From assembly GCA_039802205.1 (NCBI GenBank), contig JBDRWD010000003.1, positions 11,388-75,387 on the forward strand: a stretch of 64,000 nt of DNA, in the 5' to 3' direction. The stretch comes from a candidate division WOR-3 bacterium. GTDB taxonomy: Bacteria; Hydrothermota; Tepidihabitantia; SM23-42; JAOAFX01. A program made the translations under genes and the position numbers. Below, in pieces: positions 57,240 to 64,000 of the stretch. The stretch's first letter is position 1. Every line of letters starts with the position of its first letter. The notes beneath the pieces were generated by a model that worked only from the letters and a program-made list of their open reading frames with translations, made no database searches and was not told the DNA's origin.

Positions 57240-58872
57240 TCATACATTGTAATATCTCCAGTTCATTTTTGTCAAACCAAATTAAGTTACACTCACTACA
57301 TTCATCAATTTCAATAAGATAGGCATAACTGAAAAATTTTCTCATCATTGGTTTCCCGCATTTCGGACACCTTCTTTTTTCCAAAGCAGGAATGTATAAC
57401 TTGGGATTCAACTTTTTCCCTCGTGTTTCTTTATACATCAACTTAGCACACCGGGTTAACTCGTCAGGGAATGTTTTGTCTTTCCGGACGATTATGCGGG
57501 GTAATTTTTCTTTTTCCACGAGCGAACCACCACAGAAGGCGCAGAGCCAGATGTAAAGTCCTTCATATTCCTGCGGAATCAGCCACTCCTTACAAAGGGG
57601 ACAGAGACGCCGCATTTTCCCGAGAGGAGTTTCTTTTATCTTTAAAAAATTGCTGAGTGTGGGTACATTTATGGCTTTCAATATCGGGCCATCATCACCA
57701 ATTTTCACTTCCGTATCAGGAGTGAGCCAATCCTGAGCCTGGAGCTGGTAAAGGGTAAAGGGTCCGAACCATTGGTCATCCTTTTGGGCAAAAACCACGA
57801 GCGGGGGTTTTTCGCTCTCTTCGCCGCCTGATTTTTTATAAGTGATTTCGGTAATCTGACTGATATCTGCATGGGCTTGGTCAAGAATTAATTGGAGTCT
57901 TTTCTGAAGGGGTGGGTGGGTGGAAAAAAGATGGGCAACGATATCCTCTCGGTCTTCCAGGGGATTTGCTTCAGGGCTGACGATAAAAATCGGCGTCAGA
58001 TAACTTGGTGGACCACGATAATGGCTAGCGATTTTATAGAGTGCCCGAGCAAGACTCAAGGGATTTCGGGTGTATTTTATTGCGTTTATATCAGCCCGGT
58101 ATTCCTTCTCCCGGGATATGAAAACGTATAATAACTGGGAAAGAAAATTCATGATTAAAAGAATGATGAATACTGGAGCGGTAAATAGCGCTCCAGCAAT
58201 TGCATTCCTTTGTCCTTTGCTGTAAAAAAACTCCTCGGTAGTTTTGCCCATTTGGTTCAGATTTTTGAGGATGCCATCTAATATTTCTCCATAAATGCCA
58301 AACAAACTACTGGCAACAGTTGTCAGGAGCGAGTCATTGGAGATGATGTGAGCCATCTCATGGGCGACTACTGCCTGGAGTTCATCGCGTTTGAGCCGGG
58401 AAATCGAACCTTCGGTCACACCGATGATATTCCTCCCATAGATATCCTGGAGGGCAAATGCATTCATAGCAATCGTGGGTAGGACATAAGGTTCTACTTT
58501 TATCCCACCACCTGCAATGGAGATTTCTTCGAGGATATTCTGGAAGATGTAGTGATACCGGTCGCTTTTATCTGGTGGGTGGGCATTAAAGGTTTTTAAT
58601 ATTTTTTCCACCATCTTCCGATTGGTATAAAACCAGTGTCCAAGGGCAAAGACGAAGGCGAATGTAAGGATAATGAGGGTGTCGTTCCCTATCAGGTGAA
58701 ATTTCATTTGGGGATTTTCCAATGATAATCGGAAATGGATTAGTAATTTAAAGATTGTCCAGATGCCAAAAAAAGAGATAAAATAAAAGAAAACCAAAAC
58801 ACCAAAGAGGAGATAGATGATATGGGTTTTCTCCTTTTCAATATCCCAGAAGACTTTTGACTCCTGCGGCAT
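57208..58872 (-). CDS. M48-family membrane metalloprotease with a GYF-like domain and two C-terminal zinc ribbons
   Basis: 554 aa. TM helices, VVAHEMAHII (HExxH), DDQWFGPFTLYQLQ (GYF_2-like), then CPLC...CAFCGG and CPKCG...CSEC. Confidence 0.7.
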   Translation of the reverse strand: MPQESKVFWDIEKEKTHIIYLLFGVLVFFYFISFFGIWTIFKLLIHFRLSLENPQMKFHLIGNDTLIILTFAFVFALGHWFYTNRKMVEKILKTFNAHPPDKSDRYHYIFQNILEEISIAGGGIKVEPYVLPTIAMNAFALQDIYGRNIIGVTEGSISRLKRDELQAVVAHEMAHIISNDSLLTTVASSLFGIYGEILDGILKNLNQMGKTTEEFFYSKGQRNAIAGALFTAPVFIILLIMNFLSQLLYVFISREKEYRADINAIKYTRNPLSLARALYKIASHYRGPPSYLTPIFIVSPEANPLEDREDIVAHLFSTHPPLQKRLQLILDQAHADISQITEITYKKSGGEESEKPPLVVFAQKDDQWFGPFTLYQLQAQDWLTPDTEVKIGDDGPILKAINVPTLSNFLKIKETPLGKMRRLCPLCKEWLIPQEYEGLYIWLCAFCGGSLVEKEKLPRIIVRKDKTFPDELTRCAKLMYKETRGKKLNPKLYIPALEKRRCPKCGKPMMRKFFSYAYLIEIDECSECNLIWFDKNELEILQCMIEMEENDGKR

Positions 58873-58878
58873 TTTTTA

Positions 58879-58906
58879 AGATTATCCATTTTCAATACAA
58901 AGTCAA
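58879..58906 (-). promoter_or_regulatory. sigma70-type promoter (leaderless layout) of the M48-nth-flippase operon
   Basis: On the reverse strand: TTGACT, 16 nt, TAATCT, then 6 nt to the ATG at 58872. Confidence 0.45.
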
Positions 58907-58918
58907 TATAAATATTTG

Positions 58919-59207
58919 CTGAGTTCCTCTCCATAGTTTGTTAAATTATTTTTATGCCGCTGGATTATTAAAGGTAACCGCACCCTTCAGGGTGCGAGAT
59001 AACCCAGGATTTAAAAAGATTTATCCGCAGGCTAAAGCCTGCGCCTACCATTTTACTGGTTACCATCCAAGAATTTCAAATTTATGCAAGGCTAAAGCCT
59101 TGCCCTACAAAAGTACCCAACGCTAAATTATTGATTACCCTTACAAATCTTGCCCATGGTTTCATCGTTCTTTCATAAGATATAAAAAAAATATGGAGAG
59201 AACTCAG
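58919..59207. mobile_element. MITE-like non-coding element with terminal inverted repeats and three tetraloop hairpins (copy B)
   Basis: Terminal inverted repeats CTGAGTTCCTCTCCATA (58919-58935) and TATGGAGAGAACTCAG (59192-59207), matching apart from one indel. Internal 7-bp-stem hairpins: cgcaccc-ttca-gggtgcg (58979-58996), cgcaggc-taaa-gcctgcg (59026-59043) and gcaaggc-taaa-gccttgc (59086-59103). No ORF. It is related to 916-1160 and 19705-19728. Confidence 0.55.
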
Positions 59208-59352
59208 AAATATCTAAATTGAGTATTGAAAAAGCAATCTACAGTTACTCGTTCAGGTGAGACTAAATTAAGCAGAAATTACCATCTGCCCTCGCTGAAA
59301 GTACTCTATAACCTTTCTGAAAAACCTTGTTATTCTTTTTACACTTTTTGAA

Positions 59353-61959
59353 TCAGTAGATTTGTGCCTGGTTTCTTAGTACCTGATAAAGTTTTTTATT
59401 TTCTGCCCGCAATTTTTTCTCTACTCGCTGGAGACATTTTACCAGGATATCAAAGGTGAGTTCTTTTGCTAAAACTCCAGGAAGATTTTCTTTCGCTGAG
59501 CGAATGATAGATAGTTTCTCGTTGGGAACAAGATCTTTTAATAATTCCCCATCTCCCTGTGCGGAGATGACCTTGGCAATGAGCAGTTTCATTTCTTCAC
59601 GGAGCAACTGCCAGAGTTCTTTTCCCTGAATGTGGGCAATCAATCGTCCCATAGCAAGAGAGACTGAAAGTATCGCATTCATTCCTAAATTGCCTTTGCG
59701 TTGCATGATTTCAATAAACTCATCAGGAGAAGCATTTTTGTCAATCTTACCCCGGGCAATGGCGATCTCTTTTTCGAGATTGAGCAATATTTTGTCAATC
59801 ATTGCGATGGAGGTAAATTCTGACAATTTGCGGCCTAAGAAATGGGGAGCGATGATGGTTACAATGTTATTTACAGCGTTCAAACATCCTTTTCCTTCAT
59901 AGCGCTGGACCATCTGCCATAGTGCTTCCAGCTGGGAGTCATTCTTTTCCTGAATATCTGATTCCTTAATTCCCTTTTTAAATTTAAAAGTTTTATCCGG
60001 CTGCGGTGAAAATAAATCGGGATACTTATCGGTTAAGATTGACTTCTCAATGGTACTATCTACAAGATGAATAGCTTCACCAGTACCAGCAGAGGTTCCC
60101 AGGGGAGTGGAACCGGTCATTTTTAATATCTTTTTGTATTCGGCACTTCCCGGGATTCCGGCGTAGATATTGACCCCAACACTAGGGATACCAGCATTGG
60201 TGGGTTCTTCATAAGCAATGATATCCGTGATCACGAGATTGTTCAAAAAATTCCTTACTTCGAGGAATTCTTTTTCTTCAAATTTCTTATCCTGGGCACT
60301 CAGGAGTTCTTTCATTATCTTGGTGATGGCACCGTACTTAAAGAGCCTTTCGGTGTTGGCACCGCCTCCTGCCTTCAGCCCCATAGTATTAGCCGAAAGG
60401 GCGATCTGCGCCTCCATATCATCATTTGGCGATTTGGAACGATGGGAGACGAGTAAATCCATTCCCTTACCCAGGGCTACCAGCATGGCAATCAAGGTTT
60501 CGGAAAGGGTTCCGATCTGATTTGCCTTGATAAGCGCCGTATTCATGAGACCATCATCGGCACATTTTTCAATTGTGGAGTCTTTGGTGGTGACAATATC
60601 GTCGCCGATTATGAATAACGTATCGCCAAATTCCTTCATCAAAAGTCGCCAACCTTCATAGTCGTCTTCTGCAAATGCATCCTCAAGCGAAAAGACCGGG
60701 AGTTCATCAACAGTCTTTTTATACAATTCAAGCAACTGATCGCGGGACATGACCACTTTTTCTTCACTACGCCAGAAATAGTACATACCGATTGCATCAG
60801 GTTGGTTGAATTCTTCCCGGTAGGCATTGCTCAATTCACTAAGAGCCGGGTCAAAGGCAAGTGCGATATCTTCACCAGGGCGGTATCCGATATCCTTTAT
60901 TGCCTGAATGGCCATCCGCCAGAGGCGTTGTTCAGGAACAATATCGCCTGGCTCTTTGGCGATGTAAGGTGCCAAACCACCCTCCAATCCGATTCCCATC
61001 ACCCGAGCACCTTCTGATTTTTCAATGATTTCTTTTAACCGGGTTTGCAGAGCAACCGTAATCATCTGGGCTTCTTCGTAATTTTTGGCACAAAGCGGTA
61101 GAAACATCATCTCCTGCATACTGATGTTACTTTCTGGATACTCTTTTTCGGTATGTCTGCCCCCCATACCACAATTCCGGAATTGCCAGGGTGCGCTCAC
61201 CACCTCACCATCTCGCAATTTGATACTTTGGATTCTTTTTTCCATCATCATCTTTTTTACCTCTTGCGCTTTTGCCCGCCAGCCCACCTTTGTTACTTCA
61301 ATCCGTTCAGCCTTTTGCTTTGCTTTGGTTTCCCGTTCTTTGAATTCTCGGTATTTTCCAGGGTCGGCAAGAAGGAAATCGAGTAATCCCACCGTGCCTA
61401 TGCCTAAGCATAAACGACCCAGATAGACAGAAATGATATAATCACCAATCAGTCCCACCGCCAAAAGGATTACTGCAATTGGAAGCATTATCAGCGCCAT
61501 GTTTCCGCTGATTTCAGGCCCAGCAGCGGCAACGCTGAGATTGAATGGTGCCTCAGGGTAATAAGTTAATCCTTCTTTTTTGACTCCGACGAATTTTCCG
61601 TAGGGAATCTTGATGAACATTTCTATATACCAGAATAATTTACTCAATCCCGAACTTTTGTATCGCTTTTGTGCAGCCGGAAGAATGTTCTCATTCAGGG
61701 CATTGAGTTTAACTGCTCGGAGATAATGTCCCATTTCATGAATGGCAACCCCGGTATGAAAACTTACAAACCAGAAGATTGCAGAAATTATGGTATCAAA
61801 ACTTGTGAAGACGAAGCCCAGCACCTCCTTTCCCTGCAGACCTTTGGGAATACACAAAACAGAGGAGATAAAAGCAACATGGAAGGAAACAAGGATATGG
61901 TTGGCGATTACCCAACCGGAATGGAGTTTTTGTTTTAAGTGGTTAATGATGTTCTTCAT
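59353..61959 (-). CDS. Membrane HExxH (M50-like) domain fused to a circularly permuted enolase-like enzyme
   Basis: 868 aa.
- aa 1-200: TM helices carrying HEMGH (aa 74-78) and a possible LLDF second motif.
- aa 255-552: aligns by eye to the enolase TIM barrel (GMGGRHTE, SMQEMMFLP, GIGLEGGLAP, IALAFDPALSE, VFSLEDAF, IIGDDI, ALIKANQIGTLSET, VSHRSKSPNDD, GLKAGGGANTERLFKY).
- aa 575-788: aligns to the enolase N-terminal domain (ITDIIAYEEPTNAGIPSVGVNIY, TPLGTSAGTGEAIHL, YEGKGCLNAVNN, GNLGMNAILSVSLA). Confidence 0.7.
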   Translation of the reverse strand: MKNIINHLKQKLHSGWVIANHILVSFHVAFISSVLCIPKGLQGKEVLGFVFTSFDTIISAIFWFVSFHTGVAIHEMGHYLRAVKLNALNENILPAAQKRYKSSGLSKLFWYIEMFIKIPYGKFVGVKKEGLTYYPEAPFNLSVAAAGPEISGNMALIMLPIAVILLAVGLIGDYIISVYLGRLCLGIGTVGLLDFLLADPGKYREFKERETKAKQKAERIEVTKVGWRAKAQEVKKMMMEKRIQSIKLRDGEVVSAPWQFRNCGMGGRHTEKEYPESNISMQEMMFLPLCAKNYEEAQMITVALQTRLKEIIEKSEGARVMGIGLEGGLAPYIAKEPGDIVPEQRLWRMAIQAIKDIGYRPGEDIALAFDPALSELSNAYREEFNQPDAIGMYYFWRSEEKVVMSRDQLLELYKKTVDELPVFSLEDAFAEDDYEGWRLLMKEFGDTLFIIGDDIVTTKDSTIEKCADDGLMNTALIKANQIGTLSETLIAMLVALGKGMDLLVSHRSKSPNDDMEAQIALSANTMGLKAGGGANTERLFKYGAITKIMKELLSAQDKKFEEKEFLEVRNFLNNLVITDIIAYEEPTNAGIPSVGVNIYAGIPGSAEYKKILKMTGSTPLGTSAGTGEAIHLVDSTIEKSILTDKYPDLFSPQPDKTFKFKKGIKESDIQEKNDSQLEALWQMVQRYEGKGCLNAVNNIVTIIAPHFLGRKLSEFTSIAMIDKILLNLEKEIAIARGKIDKNASPDEFIEIMQRKGNLGMNAILSVSLAMGRLIAHIQGKELWQLLREEMKLLIAKVISAQGDGELLKDLVPNEKLSIIRSAKENLPGVLAKELTFDILVKCLQRVEKKLRAENKKLYQVLRNQAQIY

Positions 61960-61965
61960 ACATTG

Positions 61966-61993
61966 AGTATATTTAAATCTTCACACGTGTCAA
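61966..61993 (-). promoter_or_regulatory. sigma70-type promoter (leaderless layout) of the enolase-fusion gene
   Basis: On the reverse strand: TTGACA, 16 nt, TATACT, then 6 nt to the ATG at 61959. Confidence 0.55.
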
Positions 61994-62259
61994 TATCACA
62001 GTTACTTAATCCCATCCCATATCCACCTATCTCGAATTAAAAATCCTTGCCGCCATTTCAAAATGTGTGGCGATTTGTGAGATAATTAGGGGTATTTCAT
62101 ACCGATACTCTTTTGGTTTAAAAAATTTAAGGAACTTGTTAAAACCGCGCTTTATTTTTCGTGTTTCTCCGCTTCATACCGGAAGTTAATTTTATTCTTT
62201 CAACTTTTTATTTCAATGATAACGGTGAGAGATACATGAGGATGGACTCATTTCTTGTA

Positions 62260-62287
62260 TTGATAGAAGTTTAAAAACGGATATAAT
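62260..62287 (+). promoter_or_regulatory. sigma70-type promoter (leaderless layout)
   Basis: TTGATA, 16 nt, TATAAT, then 7 nt to the ATG at 62295. Confidence 0.55.
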
Positions 62288-62294
62288 TAAATAA

Positions 62295-62990
62295 ATGAAA
62301 ATAAAACGAATTTTGAGCTTTTGCGGATCAATTGTTTTTTTCTTTATTATTGTCTTGGTATCAATTATTTTTATAAAAAATTTCAATTTTATCGTCAATG
62401 ACCCGGAAGCAGTTAGAGATGAAATTCAAAGTTATGGGTTTGTATCCTATCTTATATATTTTTTGCTTTATATTTTCCAGATTTTTTTTGCGCCGGTTCC
62501 AGGACAGGTTTTGAATATAGTTTCGGGGATGCTATTTGGACCATTGAGGGGATTTTTTATTTCGTGGTGTGCAGTGATTGTGGGGGGTTTTCTGGCGATG
62601 CTAGGGGTAAGAGTTTTCGGCAAAAAGATCCTCTATTTCTTGGTTGAAGAAAAGGCACTACGGATTGAAGAACAAATAACCAAGAAGGGTTTACCCTTGA
62701 TAATATTTCTGGCACTATTCCCTAATCCTATCGGCGATGGAATCTTTTATCTGGCGGGTATGACTACGATCTCCTTGAAAATCTTGATAGTCCTGATTGC
62801 CTGCTGTCGGATTCCCGGGATACTGTTCTATGTTTTGGCGGGGAACTGGATTATGGATCTGGGACCAAGAGGTTGGCTTATCGGGGGTGGTGGGACTTTG
62901 GTTGCACTCCTGCTTTATGTCGTATTTGAAAGAAGATTAGAAACTGCTTTTGAGAAATATATTCAAAGATTTAATATTCCGAAGATTTAA
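62295..62990 (+). CDS. TVP38/TMEM64 (DedA-related, VTT-domain) membrane protein
   Basis: 231 aa. FFAPVPGQVLNIVSGMLFGPLRGFFISW is the VTT core motif. Confidence 0.75.
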   Translation: MKIKRILSFCGSIVFFFIIVLVSIIFIKNFNFIVNDPEAVRDEIQSYGFVSYLIYFLLYIFQIFFAPVPGQVLNIVSGMLFGPLRGFFISWCAVIVGGFLAMLGVRVFGKKILYFLVEEKALRIEEQITKKGLPLIIFLALFPNPIGDGIFYLAGMTTISLKILIVLIACCRIPGILFYVLAGNWIMDLGPRGWLIGGGGTLVALLLYVVFERRLETAFEKYIQRFNIPKI

Positions 62991-63820
62991 TCTTCAAAAA
63001 GGGCTTGAACAAATTCCTCGGGTTTAAATTCAATGAGGTCCTCAATCTTTTCGCCAACCCCTAAATACAATACCGGGATTTTTAATTCGGCACATATAGG
63101 AATAATAGCACCACCTTTCGCTGTGCCATCAAACTTGGTTAGAATCAAACCGTTGATCCCCAATTCCTCGGTAAAGATTTTCGCCTGTTGGATTGAGTTC
63201 TGTCCCAATGTCGCATCAATCGTTAGAAGGGTGAGATCTGGTCCAGGGGGTTTTAACTTACTAATGACGCGTCTAATCTTTTTCAGTTCTTCCATCAGGT
63301 CGGTGCGAGTGTGGAGCCTACCGGCAGTATCGATCAAAACAGTATCAATTCCTTTGGTGAATGCCTTATTCAAACCATCATAGACTACCGCCCCTGCGTC
63401 CTGCCCTTTCTGAGAACGGACTATTTCCACCCGGGTTTGCCGCGCCCAGATTTCAAGTTGTTCGGATGCGGCATCCCGGTAAGTGTCGGCACTGACCAGA
63501 AGAACACTTCCCATTTTCTGATACCGATGGGCGAGTTTCGCCACGGTTGTTGTTTTGCCCGAACCGTTGACCCCACAGATGAGGATGATGAGCGGAGGGA
63601 CGGGATTTAAAATGGGTGGTTTGATACTGATGATTTTTAATATTTCGTCTTTCAAACGGGTTGGTTCATTACCGATTTTTTCCAGTAATAAATTTGTGTA
63701 TTTTATTCCGACATCTGATTCAAGGAGAATCTGTTCCAAGGTTGATAGATCGGTGGTCTTTGAGGGGCTGAAGATTCCACTTAGTTTGCCTAAGAAGTTG
63801 CGAAGATAGAAAAATGGCAT
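62987..63820 (-). CDS. ftsY: Signal recognition particle receptor
   Basis: 277 aa. NG domain only: GVNGSGKTTTVAKLA, DTAGRLH, TKFDGTAKGG. Confidence 0.9.
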   Translation of the reverse strand: MPFFYLRNFLGKLSGIFSPSKTTDLSTLEQILLESDVGIKYTNLLLEKIGNEPTRLKDEILKIISIKPPILNPVPPLIILICGVNGSGKTTTVAKLAHRYQKMGSVLLVSADTYRDAASEQLEIWARQTRVEIVRSQKGQDAGAVVYDGLNKAFTKGIDTVLIDTAGRLHTRTDLMEELKKIRRVISKLKPPGPDLTLLTIDATLGQNSIQQAKIFTEELGINGLILTKFDGTAKGGAIIPICAELKIPVLYLGVGEKIEDLIEFKPEEFVQALFED

Positions 63821-63829
63821 AAGTTTGGT

Positions 63830-64000
63830 TTATTGTTCGGCTACGGCTATTGGCTCCAGATCTTCAAGTCGGGTGGAGATGATTTTGCTCTTCCCTGGTT
63901 TTTCCATGGTGAGGCCATAGAGATAATCGGCATATTCCATGGTTGCCCGGTTATGGGTGATGATTACTACTTGGGTGTGTTGGGATAATTCCCTTAGGAA
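63830..64000 (-). CDS. smc: Chromosome segregation protein SMC, C-terminal fragment (N-terminus outside the window)
   Basis: Hand translation gives ...FLRELSQHTQVVIITHNRATMEYADYLYGLTMEKPGKSKIISTRLEDLEPIAVAEQ*. This is the SMC C-terminal head pattern, in the conserved smc-ftsY order. Confidence 0.75.
   Translation of the reverse strand, partial: FLRELSQHTQVVIITHNRATMEYADYLYGLTMEKPGKSKIISTRLEDLEPIAVAEQ

Overview
AT-rich 64-kb chromosomal segment from an uncultivated diderm bacterium. It is probably FCB-superphylum-like. This is inferred from a T9SS C-terminal sorting domain, a PorV/PorQ-like outer-membrane protein, fabZ-lpxA and a bS22-like microprotein. I support about 55 CDS, 3 tRNAs (Gly-TCC, Thr-CGT, initiator Met-CAT), 1 decayed surface-protein pseudogene, a dispersed hairpin-repeat family and about 20 sigma70-type promoters readable by eye. 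I saw no rRNA, CRISPR array, transposase, integrase or phage genes.

Gene content:
- Housekeeping blocks: hutI plus a fused formimidoyltransferase-cyclodeaminase; fabZ-lpxA; truB; a compact rpsU-mutS2-dnaG-rpoD-lpd operon; a divergent lexA-dinB-dnaE2 SOS cassette; dtd-yicC-gmk; ftsK; nth; ftsY-smc.
- A second-messenger-rich stretch at 35-50 kb: an HD-GYP protein, two HEAT-repeat proteins, two class III cyclase genes and a GAF-GGDEF protein.

Most interesting observations:
1. An 868-aa protein (59353-61959) has an N-terminal membrane HExxH module joined to a circularly permuted enolase in which every canonical catalytic residue appears conserved.
2. A tightly coupled operon (41696-47697) encodes two zinc-ribbon class III cyclases whose active-site defects are complementary. 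One is C2-like inside a P-loop/TPR giant, the other is C1-like in a 213-aa protein. A HEAT-repeat protein follows them.
3. A tandemly duplicated TPR plus ExeA-like ATPase module (3951-9384) is co-transcribed with PHP-fabZ-lpxA.
4. The promoter grammar is very regular (TTGACx, 16 nt, TAnAAT). The -10 box sits 5-8 nt before the start codon of 13 first-in-operon genes and 7-8 nt before the mature 5' end of two tRNAs. This implies pervasive leaderless transcripts.
5. A T9SS cargo gene is broken by frameshifts and by short-tandem-repeat/hairpin insertions, and a related dispersed hairpin element abuts two promoters.

All calls rest on reading the translations and the DNA by eye. No database search was run.
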